A stretch of DNA of 64,000 bases from Camelus dromedarius (GCF_036321535.1 NC_087436.1:35528001-35592000), one strand, 5' to 3'; shown: positions 38,801-52,907, counted from the stretch's first letter. Notes: generated from the sequence alone by a model not told the origin. Made by a program: numbers and translations.

Positions 38801-40609
38801 TATCTGGCTCCCTTTTCACTGGAGTAGAGTGGATAAAGTGATTCAGGGCAGATTGTAGCAAGTATGGAAATGAGTGAGAAGCCATGACCATCAATTATGG
38901 TGAAATATGGTGAACCAGCCACTGTTCACCAGACCTAGGGCCCTCACAGTTACACAAATCAGGTTGGACTTCACTGTGCTGTTCATCTCTCCCAACGTTG
39001 TAGGTACCACAATTGCCTAACTATGGTCAAAGATCCTTCCAGATCGAACCATCCTATTAACCATTCCAACCCTGCTGCCAGCTTTGGTAACCACACTGCC
39101 TCACGGCCTCTGCCATACTGAGTCCATCATTCATGACCATTAAAATCAGGTGGACTGTTTCAGTGGCAGCATCTCACACCTTCTTTCCTGGACAGCAACC
39201 ACTACGAAGCTGCTGCGGTCACTGCCCTAGTCAGGGGCCTTCACTACACTGTTTCTCAACTGCGTGGCCTGCACAGTGTGCTCTGGGCCCTTCTCAGATA
39301 CAGAGTCAGCAAGTTAGTGAGTAAGTCATATATGATAAATCCACTCCTAAATCTTTGAACTCCTTCCTCAGTGTTTTACCAAGGAATTTCTGGCATCATG
39401 ATTTTCATTTAGTTTAGGAGGACACGAGGTTTTCAAGCCAACTAACTGACATAGTTAGAACCCCCAATTCTCAAGCTTATATTGAATTCAGAATTTCTAG
39501 TAAGGGTACCCAGGCTGATAAAGTAAGCCTGAAATTGATGTTCCTTCCTCCCTGGTCTACCATCACTATGTGCTATTCCATGTCTCATCTCCAAATTTCT
39601 TCTGATACATATTGGCTATATGTTGGGATGATTTTGTCATATTACTGTTTCATCCATGGACACATCTGTACTGATCTCCCTAAAGCACACTGGGAGTTGT
39701 ACGTGTGAGGAGGTAACAGAGGCAGAGTGTGGCGGGGACAGACAAGCCCTCATGGCCAGACACCATGCCGGAGGCGCCACGAGCTTAACCAGACAGGTAA
39801 GAGGAATGCCACTGCTGTTTAGGGAGACACAGAGCAATTTGGTGGTTCAAGGTATTAAAATTCACCCAAATCCACCCAAAAGGCCGTATTTCAAGTCTCA
39901 GGTTCACTTTTGCTTATCAACATTTTAAGTTCTTATAAGTGATCTGGCAAGAATATGAATTCATCTACACACTAAGACTGCTCAGCTACACTGGCCTTTT
40001 GACTACAAGATAAGTGGTTCATTGAGAGCAGTCAGCGAAGCTCCCTGGACCCGGGGCCTTGAACCAGGAATTTGAGCTTGTTCTCATTTTCCTTAACTAC
40101 AGGAAATTTCAGCACAGCTGGAAGCAGCTATCCCACCTCATCTTGAATTTTTCATTACTATCCTAATGGTCTAACAAAATAATAGATACTCAGTCTGACA
40201 AAACACATTTAATAGAGCACCTGGTTCAAGGATATCACAAGCGACACTTTAAGTAACTGCTTTGCCACTAGATGCCATGAACTACCAGCGTCTCATTTTC
40301 CAGTGGTAACCAGATTGTAAATGCGTTCAAATCCAACCAGGTCATAAAACCAATCCCAATTTCCTGACTTTAAAGGCCTATTGCCGTCACTTTACAACTA
40401 GTATTAAATACTAAACTCATGGAATTTCAATCCAAGAAACAAAAAAAGTTCTAGCAATTAAAAGCAACAATATATTTAATTTCAAGAATAGGATGCTTTT
40501 GAATTCATTGGAAACTCTAGAACATCGGGAGTTAGGACTCTGTCTCTGGAAATATTGAATTCAAAACATATCACAGTGGCAGTGCTCTGGAAGTCAGTAA
40601 GCCTCAGCA

Positions 40610-40930
40610 GCCCTCTCTCAGTGCTCGTAAAACTGGTGATCAGACACCAGAACACAGACCGCAGCTCCACAACCGCTGCAACTGAAACCCATCAGTTACG
40701 TAGGTCAAGTAAAGTGTCAGGGGGCTGCCCCTCCACTGCAGTCTTAAGGACCAGTGGACCCAGGAGAACCAACTCCAGCCACTGAAAATGCCTCTCGGCA
40801 TTCACATCTCCATGACTTTAATTGCCACTAGAAAGAGCAGGATGGCTTCTGCCTCACTTTGCCTCTTCTAAGTATCACACAAGTACATCTAGTTGGCAGA
40901 ATCTGGTTGACTTCCAGAATGCTATTAGGC
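40610..40930 (-). mobile_element. Old MLT1-type LTR fragment
   Basis: aagtacatctagttggcagaatctggttgacttccagaatgcta resembles the reverse end of old MLT1 LTRs. Confidence 0.4.
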
Positions 40931-41674
40931 AAAATTCCAGAGGCAGAGCAGGCTCCCTGGAGACCACCTAACAAAGGTGTGGTTTAAAAGACAGACTCAG
41001 GGTCATGGTAAGTCATAGTACAGCTCTATATGATGGACAGGTCGAATGGGAACCTACTGTTCTCTGTGTCTCTGCAACCTCACTACCACTACACCACCAC
41101 TCACCTAGCTTACACCCACCTCTGACCACCGCTCAGCCCTTTAATTCCTTATGGCAACCTATTACAGGAGGAAGTGTATTGTGAGTGTTTATATCACACT
41201 GACTATTCAACTATTCACTAGTTAAGCCCAGATTACCCCAATAAATTGGTGATCTGGGATGTAACCAAAGCCAGCAAGAATGACAAGTTTTGGCATAAGC
41301 CTAACTGTGGTCCAGTTTAGGAGCCTGGAAATATGAAGCCATTCTTGAAAACTGGAAGAAGATGTAATAGGAACTTGTGTCAATGAGCTAACAGCACATG
41401 CATCTCAGACATAAAAATAGAATGTCATTACTAATGTTATACATCATGGATTCTTATACATGAGTTAAGTTCCAGGCTCCAAGGTATACATCCAAAGATC
41501 ATCACACTTCCACAGGTCTTTAGAAAAAGAAAGGATTCCAACAATTATATTGCCTAAGCTTAAATAAACCTAAGGCACCACACATCTTAATATTGTATCA
41601 TCTTGGTGAAAACTACCAAGCAACCAAAATTTTTAAATGCTTTATTTCTTTATTAAGCCTCGTAAATAATAGGT

Positions 41675-41830
41675 GGAGAGGGTACAGCTCAAGTGGTAAA
41701 CTGCATGCTTAGCATGACTGAGGTCCTGGGTTCAATCCCCAGTACCTCTAAAAACTAAATAAATAAGTAAACCTAATTACCTCCCCCCTAAAAAAAACTT
41801 AAAAAATAAAAAAAAATTAAAATTAAAAAG
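41675..41830 (+). mobile_element. tRNA-derived SINE, Vic-1-like long form
   Basis: ggagagggtacagctcaagtggtaaactgcatgcttagcatgactgaggtcctgggttcaatccccagtacctc followed by aaataaataagtaaacctaattacctcccccc and an A-rich tail; matches the recalled camelid Vic-1 structure. Confidence 0.9.
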
Positions 41831-43759
41831 AAAAGGGAAATTATATTTCTTTTACACAGGAATCCTCCAAAAAAAATTACCTTTTCCCATTACTGCATTC
41901 ATCAATATTCCAACATACTTCGCAATTGCTCCCCTAACCTCTTACTATCAATAACCAACTGTCAGAAAGACACCCAAACCTCCTGTCCCTCTCCTATCTA
42001 TTAAATAGGTCTACTTACCCTGCTTTTATTAGTTTTTCTCCATGCTTTTCCCAAAGCTCAGAGATCCCAGGAGCTGATCCAGCTAACAAAACTTATTCCC
42101 CATGGGGAAATGTTTTGAATAATTATAAATGAAAAACTGGGGGATCTTGCTGCATGTGTGTATATTCATAAAATAGGCCTATGTTAACCCTGCTGATTGA
42201 ACAGAAAACCAAATGTGAATAATTGGTTTTTGAGCTTCTTTATATACTAATCAATAAATGTAAGTTCCTGAGTTGTAGAAAAACTGTGTTGCCAAAAAAG
42301 GAAAACTGATTAGAAACAATCTTCTAGACCCTGAGCTAAGTCAACACGTAAACTGGTATATTGCTACCCATAGTCAAATTACAACAGCATAGAAAAAGCC
42401 ATTTCTCCTGAATTTGGTCCAAGAAAAATAGAAAAATATACAACACAATTTCTAGTCAGTTCAAAAGGTTTCATCCAAGAGTGATATGTAAATCTCCACA
42501 CAGATTTCTTTGCTAGTAAAAAAAAAAAGAGAGAGAGAGAAAGAAAATAAACATTTGTTAGTAAAATGTTTTCCTTAAAGGTAAATTCAGTTTCTTGTGT
42601 CTATTAGAGAACAGCCTATAACGTGGCACATCAGTCTTAATAGACTCATTAGAAGCCAGTTATTCAGACAATCAAGAAATATTAAAATACGATGTAATCC
42701 ATTCCAGAAATCACAGAAAAGGCAGAAAGATGAATGGATTCTGGTCCATCCAAGAAAAGAGTTTATTAATATAAGAGAAACAATAGAAACCTGGATGTAA
42801 TCCTCAAAAGAAAATTATCCATATCAAAATGTACGTCTGTAACGCAGGTTCCCAGGAGGAGTACAAGTTGAAAAGAAAAGTTTAAAGCACTTTCCAATAT
42901 TTTATCTTGTGCATAAGTAAGAACTAATTTCTTAGTGGTAAGAACAATGGTTGAGATATAATGGGAACTGCGATTGGCTTCCAGGCTTACAATTAGATAG
43001 TTGTACACTAAAGGTTTTATCTTCTAACTCAACCAGCTCGTCAGTAATGCAGCTATCCATTTATTGGATGTCTCAAATGTGACACTGTTCAAAATAACAG
43101 AAATTATGTAGAGAACAAAATAAAAGCAGCCCCTCTCTGATGCAGCCTTGAAACTTGATATGAGGAGTTAGTTAAGCAAAGGGTAAGTAAAAAGTACACT
43201 GTAGGCGGCAGCAGTTTCATGTGCCAAGACTGTGAGCCTGAAAAGAGGTGTGCTTTAAGAACGGAATGAAGGCCTGTCCTACTGAGCCATGGGGAGCAAG
43301 AGAGACGTTGACTCCAGAGGGGTTGGAGAGGGTGGGCTGAGGTTATGTGCTAGGAAGTTCAGAGGATATTCAAAGAACATGAATAAAAATTGAAGGGTTT
43401 TCATGATGGAAGGACTTCGTATGACTAATGAACACCTTCTGTAGTGCTCCTCAAAAATCCAAATTCTCCCTAAAATTCAATCTCCTTACTGTGACCAATG
43501 TATTACAGCATAATTAGAAAATATTGCAACACACAAAATATGTCCTAAGACCAACTGCAGTGGAAGTAAAAATAGTCCATTTTTCCCCTATAGCTGGTAT
43601 CCTGCCATTTGTGAAATATGTGTCTCCAGTAGAGGAGGGAGGGTGTGCTATTAAGAAACCATCTGGTAGCTATATATTCCCCATTAGAAAATCAGAACAT
43701 GAAAAACACAAACATCATAATAGAAACAAAACAAAACAAAAAGAGCAAAGGATATAAAG

Positions 43760-44260
43760 AGAATTCACATAAGAGGAAATTCAAATAGTAATGAGCTTAT
43801 GAAAAAGAATTCAACCTCATTAATAATCAAAGAAAAGCAAATTACAGTGAAACAAGAAGCCTTTGGGCTTCTTAGATTGATCATTTAGATTGGCCAAACC
43901 TTTTCAAATTTGTAAGTGCTGGTACATGTGTGGGGGACTGACACTCCATGCAATGCTGGTCTGGGCTGCAAATTAGTAACACCTGCCTGGAAGGCAAACT
44001 GACAATGTGTGTCATGATGCCTAAAATATTCAATGATTATGTTTCCAAGAGTCTATCCAAGAAAACAGTGAAGAGATATATGATTATTTTATTTAAAAAT
44101 GCAATGTAGTATTATTCATTTAAGTGAAATATGAGGAACCTAAAATTGCAAATGTTTGACTATAGGTGAATAGTTAATAAAATACTAAAAGGTGGAAATT
44201 CATGCATTCATAAAAATCATGAAGTAATATGTCTGTGTCATAAATGAGGAAAAAATGTTT
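43760..44260 (+). mobile_element. Old L1 (L1ME-like) ORF2 end fragment
   Basis: aattcacataagaggaaattcaaatag...ttcaacctcattaataatcaaagaaaagcaaatta...caatgctggt...gcaaattagtaacacctgcctggaaggcaaactgacaat. Confidence 0.7.
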
Positions 44261-44834
44261 TGAAAACTAAAGCCTGAAGTATACAATAATAAGTAACAAA
44301 GCCATACCATATACTCAAAATAAGTAATCAGAACATTGAGATGGGACTATTTTTGACAGTATGAAGGGGTAAGAAGACAGAGTCAAATTGTTAGTGACAA
44401 TGGGTATGGATTCCAGCAAATTCCCTCTTGTTGGCTGGATTGCTGAAGGACTACATCCCAAGAATTAAGATGGAGCAGAAGTAAACAGGGTGTCATAGGA
44501 ATGAAAGTTAACCTTAAAACAATTTCAATTTCCAAAACTGATTTGAGGAGATCCTAGAGTGCCAGTGCCACAGATGCCAATAAGAAAAAGAAGTACTTTT
44601 AGGAAAAAGATAACATTATCCCAGGCCTAGAAAATTTTAAAGCGAACAAAGGGAAAAAAACACCAAAAAAAGTACCTTCCAAAAACATTGAGAGTAAAAG
44701 AAGAATTCTCAGTAGAAACAATGGAATAGATTCAAAAATGATGAAAGAAAAGACCACCAAACCCAGAATTCTATACCTACAGAAAACATCTTTTCAGAAA
44801 GAGAATGGAAAAAGAGAGTAAGAGGCAGAGAACT

Positions 44835-47420
44835 CTCCTGTATTTTCTTCCAGAAGTTTTAAAGATTGAGATCTTTAATCTACCTGGAATTGATTTTTTG
44901 TGCAGTGTGAGGTAAGTTTCTTTTTTTTTTCCATTTTGATAATCAATCATCTCAGCACAATTATGAAAAAATATATCCTTTCCCTACTAAGGGGCCACTC
45001 CACTGCTAGCATAAGTCAAGTATCCCTATATGTGAGTCTGTTTCTGAGCCTTTTTGAATTTTTCTACAGATCTTCTTATTTCTGTGGCCAAACTGATTTA
45101 ACTGCTATAATAAGTTTTGTATGTAGTAGGGCAAGGCACTGAACATTACTCTTCATCAAAACTAGCGACTCTGGAGCTTGGCACTTGTACATAAATATTA
45201 AAATCAGGTTGTCAAATTTCAAAAAAAGACCCTGTTGGAAGTTTGATTCTTCCAATCCTTGAGGGTGATAAATGTCTCATTTTATTGAGAACTTTTCCAT
45301 CTTTATAAAATTTTTGTCTTTATAAAATTTGTAATTTATAATTTTATCTATAATGATCTTGCACAAAGTTTATACAATTTATGTCTAGGTACTTGATACT
45401 CTCACACTATTGTAAATGACATTTTAAATTTTTATTAAATGCTTATTGTTGATTTATTAAAAAAAGTAATTTACTTTTAAATTGATTTTACATGCAGCAA
45501 TCTTAAAATGCTTTTGTATAAACTGACAATTTAGCTGTAGGTTCTTGGGGATTTTCTAGTACACAGTTAAATCATCTTCAGATAATAGCAGTTTTCTTTT
45601 CTCATTCTTGTCCTTATAAGTGTGGGTTCACTTCTGGACTCTCTAGTCTGTTCCGTTGATCCGTGTGTCTATCTTTGTGCCAGTATCATATTGTTTAGAT
45701 AAGTATAGCTTTGTAATACAATTTGAAATCAGAGAGTATGATACCTCTAGCTTTGTTTTTCTTTTCAAGATTGTTTTGGCTATTTGGAGTCTTCTGTGTT
45801 TGCACAGTAATTTTAGAATTCTTTGTTCTGTGAAAAACGCTATTGATATTTTGATAGAGATTGCATTGAATCTGTAGATTACTTTGGGAAGTATGATCAT
45901 TTTAACAATACTAATTCTTCCAATCCATGAATCCAGTATATCTTTCTATTTGTGTCCTCTTCAATTTCTTTCATCAGTGTCTTATAATTTTCTGAGTATA
46001 GGTCTTATACCTCTTTAGATTTATTTCTAGGTATTTTCTTCTTTTTGATGTGATTGTAAGCAGGATTGTTTACTTAATTTCTCTTTCTGATAGTTTGTTG
46101 TTAGTGTACAGAAACACAACAAATTTCTGCATCTATCAGATGAAAACAAAAACACGAAGTCTAAAAGATGTATGTGCCCCTATGTTCACTGCAGCATTAT
46201 TTACAATAGCCAAGATATGGAATCAACCTAACTGCCCATCAATAGATGACTGGATAAAAAAGTGGAATATTACTTAGCCATAGTAAGAATGAAATCTTGC
46301 CATTTATGACAACCCAGATGGACCAAAAAGACATTATGCTAACTGAAATAAACCAGAGAAAGACAAATACCATATGATTTCACTTCTATGTGGAATCTTA
46401 AAAAAAAGCAAATGAACAAACAGAACAAAACAGAACAGAGTAATAGATACAGAGAACAAACAAGTAGCTGACAGAGGGGAGAAGAGTGGGGCAGGAGGTT
46501 GAGAGAAATAGGTGAGGGGTATTAAGAGGTACAAACTCCCAATTACAGAATAAATGAATCACTAGTATGAAACACAGAGTGTGGGGAACATAGTCAATAA
46601 TTATGTAAGTCTGGTCCTTGAGATTTATTTGTAGACAGATTTTTTAGCTATTGGTTTGTTGACTTTAATGGTTATGGTATTATTCTAGTTTTCTGTTCCT
46701 TCTTGAGTCAGTTTTTCAGTGCACTTGGCCCCTTTAAATTTTTTAATTTCTTTAGCCTAAAGTGCTTGAGAATAGCTCTTTTTTATTTATTGTTATACAC
46801 AGCATCAGAAACCTGTAAACCCTTTTATACTTTTTCATGGATATTTATGCCTTCTCTCTTTTTTGCCTTGAGTAAACTACCTAGACATTTGTCAATTTAG
46901 TCTCTGAAAAGAATAGAAAATTTAACTTAGTTTATTAATATTCTCTATTGAATTTTATTTTCTGTTCCATATATATTTTCTCTGTGTTACTTCCTTTCTC
47001 CTATTTTCTTTGGGGATATTTGGCTTTTATTCTTCCACCTTCTTGAGATGAAGTGTTATTCATTAATTTTTATCCTTTCTTTTATAATAAAAGCATTTAA
47101 GATTATAAACATCTTAATAAGTAGCCCTAGAGCTGAATGTCACATTATTTTATATGGAATTTTTTATAATGTTCAGTTCTTAGTATTTTCTAAAATCCAT
47201 AATATTTTTTGACTCATGAAGTATTTAGAACTATTTTCCTTTATTTCTAAAAATATGGACTTTTTCTAGTTGTCTTTTTGCTATCAATTTCTAACAATTG
47301 CTTTGTTGTCAGAGAATGCTGTCTGCATGACATCCATCTTTAAAAATTTATTGAAACTTGTTCTATAGCCCAACATGTGGCTAGTTTTTATAAATGTTCT
47401 ACTTCTGTTTGAGGAACTCT
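44835..47420 (-). mobile_element. Old L1 ORF2 remnant (hosts the younger L1 at 45620-46608)
   Basis: Reverse ORF2 text on both sides of the insert: ttttcttccagaagttttaaag...ctggaattgattttttgtgcagtgtgaggta; aaatttattgaaacttgttctatagcccaacatgtgg. Confidence 0.75.
45620..46608. mobile_element. LINE-1 with 5' inversion: minus-strand ORF2 segment (45620-46131) joined to plus-strand 3' segment (46132-46608)
   Basis: Minus [21 protein letters not shown]...; plus ORF ...KDVCAPMFTAALFTIAKIWNQPNCPSIDDWIKK; strand switch at aaatttctgca|tctatcaga. Confidence 0.85.
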
Positions 47421-47869
47421 ATACTGCTTATAAAGAGATTCATCAGTTTTCTCTAAAAAAAGTCTTTATTTTATCTTCATTTTTGAATGACAGTTTTCAT
47501 TGGATACAGAATTCTTGCTTGGCAGTTATTTTCTCAGCTGTCCTCTCACCCAGCTGGTGTGTATTCAGACTGCACGTCTGCAGAAGGGTGGGCCGTAGCT
47601 ACAGATCCTCAGATTTTTTTCCCCTTACATTAAGCATCAGTGTTTAAGATAGAGAGGTTTTTTTTTTTTTAGATTTCCAGAATACGTTTTAATTAAAAAA
47701 GAGCAAATTGCCAAGCAATACATACAGTATGATACTATTTATATAAAAACAACCTCCCTAAAATAATACATGTGTGTATCTACTAGACATGCACGTAAAT
47801 GCACAGAAAAAGCACTCGAAGGAGGCAGGAGAAGCAAGTGGGATCAGGGTATGTGTGTAAAGACTTCAT

Positions 47870-47946
47870 ATCTTTTTATTCTTTTTTTAGTTGAAGTATA
47901 GTTGATTTATAGTATTTCAGGTGTAGAGCAAAGTGACTCAGTTATC
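47870..47946 (-). mobile_element. Very short L1 3' terminus
   Basis: ttttttagttgaagtatagttgatttat...tttcaggtgtagagcaaagtgactcagttat is the reverse of the L1 tail seen in the plus-strand copies here. Confidence 0.75.
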
Positions 47947-47949
47947 TGT

Positions 47950-49430
47950 AGAGGATAAAAACAGGGGAGGAAAGCAGCTTGGAAAAACAGTAACAGTAAA
48001 AGGAAACTTCCAAACCATTAATATCCTCAGAAACGTAAGAAAAGATGTGGTATCTACAAAACAAAACCAGTGTAAACAGGTACAGCCACAGAACCTAAAA
48101 GACCTTAGGGGAAAATTTTAAGTCTGATAGTAGAAATAAAATCCCAATAGATATATTAGAATATAAAGTTAAGGAAATATCACAGAGAAAATTAATTAAA
48201 AAAAATAAACAGAAGAGAGGGAGGGAGACTCTGAGACAGAAAATATGAAGACAGATAAGAAAATCAAAGGAGCCGTCCAAGAGAACCACCACCCAACTAA
48301 GAAATAGAGAACAAAGAAAATTCACCAAAAGTAAAGGACAGGATTTTTCAGATTGAAATATTCCTCTGAGTGCTCAGCAAAATGTATAAAACAGATACAC
48401 ATTAAGACATATTCTCACAAAATTTTAGCACACTGAGGACAAAGATTTGATGGGCAAAGGAGCGAGACACGTCAAAAACAAAGAATCTGGAGTTATAACA
48501 GCTTCCGAATTCTCTATTGTAACATGATAAGCAAGAAGAAAATGGAAGAATGGCATCAAATTTCCAAAAGACAGTTCTTTCCAACCTAGAGTTCTCTGCT
48601 AAACGCTCAGTAAAGTATGAAGCTGAAATAAAAATATTTTCAAACATACCAGGTCTCAAAACATGTACCTCTCATGCAGCATTTTCCAAACAGGTACCAA
48701 AAACCGGGTTAACCAAACCAAGAGAGAAAATCAAGAAAGAGGAAGATAGGGTTTCCAGGAAACAAGAGGTCTAACATCACAGAGAATCAGAGAATTCACA
48801 GTATGATGGTGAGTGACAGCCCATCCGGGCAGTGCCACGGGCACAGACAGATTCTCCAAAAAGATGGAATTCCGCAGTGTACTTCATGTGTTACACCATA
48901 TAGAAAGAGAGCTTAGCACAATGCCTGGAGTTTGCAGTTGATAAGGACACAGAAAATCAAATAGACAGTCAGAGAATGGACACAATCGTTAATGCCAGGG
49001 AAAATACAAAGTTATACATGAAAGAGAGAATAGCCATAAAAAATTGCACGGCTCAGTTAGAAACAGCATTTACTTATTCATAAGAACATTAACTCCCGAT
49101 ACCCACCTGAACAAAATTTCATATTGAAAAAAAACATAGGCCCAAAGCGGGTGTGTGCACATGGTAGGGGTTTGTGAGAGAGAGCTAAACTCTCCCTATT
49201 CTCAGAAGAAGCAAACAAGGCCAAAACCTGAAATATTAAGAAGCAGCAACAGAAACGTGTCACGCGAAGATGTGGAAATAAGTGCCAAAGATCAGCTTAC
49301 TTTACTGAAAACAATGGCCTCTGAGAAGGGAAAACATGGGGGAGAGCTGAGATCAATGGTTTTGGATAACAAAATTCACAGAAAAATGGACTCTTTCAAA
49401 ATCTATATCATCATTTTGATGAAAAAAATA
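47950..49430 (+). mobile_element. HAL1 (half-L1) element, degenerate ORF1-like region
   Basis: attaatatcctcagaaacgtaagaaaagat...ttccaacctagagttctctgctaaacgctcagtaaagtatgaagctgaaataaaaatattttcaaacataccaggtctcaaa...tcaagaaagaggaagatagggtttccaggaaacaagagg...gatggtga follows the recalled HAL1 consensus. Confidence 0.75.
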
Positions 49431-51899
49431 AAATTTCAGAAGATTCGGCCACGATTCTTTTTGGGTCTACAATATGGAACATCCAAACACTGTAAGACTT
49501 AAATATTTTTTTCTCCCATTTTATGGACTAAAACCAATCACAAGGCGCTCAGGTTACCTGGAAAAAGGGAGGAGAGTGGAAGTGTTGCCATGTTTCTCTT
49601 GGCTGAAGCAGCCCCTTCCTGACACTTGACCAGGAGGCGTAGGACAACGCATTGCTGGGTCCTTATGCCTTACACCACAGTGGTTATGAGGAATATATAC
49701 AATCTTCCTTTTGTAGTGATGTGCCGAAATCTTGCCAACAAAAGGCACTTTTCACCCATCCTGGGAATCATCATCTCTTTCTCACCCTTATACGAAACTT
49801 CCCTTCTACCACATAAGAGGTTGTTCCTTCACTATTTCTCTTGCGCTGAAAATATGTGTCTCACCCACTCCCTCCTCGTGATGTGACCACCACAGGGCAT
49901 CAGTGAAGCTTTCTGCATGGTTCGGGGTAGGGAGGATGACAATGCCCTCTGGCTTTCACTCTACACAAATCATTTCATATGTTTCATATTTAAGGAGGTT
50001 GAACTCAATCACTCATTCAATCTTTCTAAAGCTCTGCTATGTTTTGGTGCCAGAGCCCATAATTACCATAAAACAGGTTGATTTCAGGCCGAATTGAACT
50101 GGAAAATGACATTTTGCATTTTTATTGGCACTTTGAAGAGAACATATTCTTCTCCAGTTATTGTGCTTCGAACACTAAAATACTGAGAAATCATCTTTCC
50201 ATATGTATTATGAGAAAAATATTCAAAATTTAAGATTTATTCCCTCCTCTTATAATTTTTATTAGCATTTTAAGCAAGTTCAGTGCCCATCAGACCTAGG
50301 TCTAGTTATTTTTATTGATGCCATATAGACAATCCATAATCAAAACCACCAGCAAAACTGCTATGTCTCCTCTGCTTCTGCCAGAAAATTGGCAGAAAAT
50401 CCTCATTTAAAGCTTGCAAGAAAAGCCCAGAGGAAACTTGCAGAAATCCTTTATGCTATATTTCCCAGCAACAGAATATTTTCCTGCCTTTGAAAACTCA
50501 ATTAAATTTTACTTCGCCAAAAGTGTGAAAACCAGGTGGCACCTAAGAATCCCATCCCTGCTCTGGTTGATCCTTATAAAAATAACACCATGATATTTTG
50601 CAACAAATAGTATAAATGACCACCCGAGCAAAACGTTATGTCAGAGACCATGAATATGGAATATTGACTTTCCCTCCAAGCATGAAAGAAAGAAGCTTGC
50701 CTTCGGCATAAATCTCTCTGCTCCGTGGACTCCACCAAAAAAATTAGTTATCCTGCTGCCCAAGGTGGTACTATGGCTGCCTCTGTGTTCCAGACTCTCC
50801 TGGGAGTTCTGTTCCTATAAGGGATGCTTAATGAAGCTCAAGCCACATTTTAAAAGAAAATTCCTCAATGACCACTTAAGCTCCGAGCTGCCCTTATGCT
50901 CCATCCAATTTCTGAGCATGCCTGCGAGCAACCTTCTTCTCCTCCAGAGAAATCCAGTCACTGTTCTTTTCGTGGGCTTGGAAGGAGAGCTGTTGGGTTT
51001 CATTTTTCCTTTACTCGTGTTCAATTAATGTTGCTCTAACCAGGCCGATGTCTCAAAGGCTCGAGTTGAAGAGAAACAAATTATGAAGGCTTCTGGCAGC
51101 AGCACCAGCTTTTGCAAATCTGAGAATTATCTCGGTTTTGCTCAGTTCAGTCAGAGCCAAAGTTTCATCCACACTTTGTTTTATTACTATGTTGGATTGG
51201 TAGCAAGAGAACCACAAATCAAGCCAAAATACTAAAAAGAGTTCAGACTTCTTTCAGCAGGTTGGTTAGAGAAATGGTGTTTGGGGGCGTCTTCAGGGTT
51301 TCTCGGGAAAGCCTGGGGCAGCCAAGTGACAGTTCAAACTGATTTTGAGGGTTAATGGCAGCACCAGATCTAGAACCCAGTTCTCTCACCTCCCTCTAGC
51401 AGGTCAACATTACACCACAACCCTTAGGTGCTCCGTTTGGCAATGCACAAATGTTCAGAGATGTTCAGAGATGCACAAATGAAGGTGACAGCCACTGACT
51501 CCCAAAGGGGAAAATGTAAATAGGGCACATTTACTATGAAAAAGAGCAGACTTAAAATTTGTGGTTTTGACCATTTGTGAATAAGCTTGAAAGCCCAAGA
51601 TACATGGTGATCTGAAATTCTGCTAAGATTGGAAGATTAACTGGTCTGCGAGCCTTGCCTCCAGCATAGCATGCGTATCTCAGCAGAACTTTTTGTCCTA
51701 CATTTCTCTGCACAAAGTAAAGCTCATAGAGTAATATTTTTCTAAGTTTCTTCATAAAGAAAAATGGCAAAGAGAAAGTCAACTTGATGTGTAAATGAGA
51801 AAATAAAGCAAAAGCAAGGGTGTCTTTAAAAATGATGTTCCTTAGATGAAATATTAGGCTAAAGTACATATTGTTGAACTTGAAATGAACAGATCTACA

Positions 51900-52590
51900 A
51901 TCATTCAATCAATTAACCAACAAAAATGTATTCTTTGAGTTCCTAGTACCTGCTTGGGCTAAGTCTTAGGGGTACAGCTATGAATACCTAAGACACAATT
52001 CATGTCCTCAGTGAATTACAAATAGCCAATTTCAAATAAGATGCCTCTTCTAAAGGAGGAGTATGAGGTGCCTCAGGACCATATCACCAAGGAGCTCACC
52101 ACTGCCCAATGATCAGAGAAGACCTACCTGAACAGGTGACACTGAAGCTAAGACCTGTACACTATATGGAAATAAGAGGGAGTCATTAACTTGTTTCAGC
52201 AAATGCCTCTTCAGTCCAAAAATTATATCTTATGGAGAAAGTCATATATTTTAGAAGTCTTTGCAAATTGAAGGTCTCTCAAAGTTCTAGAACTGTTGAT
52301 CTCTCAAGAATGTTGATGACAGGAGAACGGCTGAGGGCTGGTGTGAGAGCCTGGTCGGGAGGTTAGATGGTGTAGATGATGCAGAAAGACAAACAGAGAA
52401 ACGTGGCTGGAGTGATGGAGGAGGTGAACGACAGTACAAAATGCTTTGAGGGCTTTAAGAAGAATAAGGAGAGAGAAAAGAGGGTTATTAGAGATCATCA
52501 AGAGAGCAATTTGAATGGAACAGAAGGGCAATGTGATTGCAAGGGCTTAAGAAGGGCTTATGTGGACTGGAAAGTGAGGGAGCAAATAAA
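51900..52590 (-). mobile_element. L2 fragment(s)
   Basis: tcattcaatcaattaaccaacaaaaatgtattctttgagttcctagtacctgc...ggggtacagctatgaata; later gagagcaatttgaatggaacagaagggcaatgtgattgcaaggg. Confidence 0.65.
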
Positions 52591-52907
52591 CGACTTCACT
52601 CTTTCAAAGTTGTTCACCCTGCCGCCCTTCAGGGACCTCCTAAAATCCTCCTACTCTCAGGAAATTCTTTTGAACGCAAAGAAGAGAAGAGGAACAGAAT
52701 ACCCTCGTTTGCTTTTCCTCAAACATCATCACAAACTGTCACTAAACGTCAGCATATTCGAAACATGCAACATCTTATTTATTCAACATGGATTTTAGAC
52801 AATGAGATGCTTTTAGATGGGCAGCAAACCAGAGAAAATATTCCTGGTTCTACTGATGATTAAATCAATAAAATTGCTACTGTCTGGGACTATTCTGGGA
52901 AACATCT

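Noticed and set aside
40262..40280. Second CTCF-like motif gccactagatgcca
   Set aside because: It mismatches the conserved GGC at the 3' end of the core, so it is too weak to call.
41675..41750. Possible functional tRNA-Ala gene
   Set aside because: The acceptor stem does not pair, it carries the SINE tail, and related copies occur elsewhere in the window, so it is a SINE.
52376..52863. 140-aa and 108-aa ORFs
   Set aside because: They partly overlap a degenerate L2 and have no recognisable protein features.
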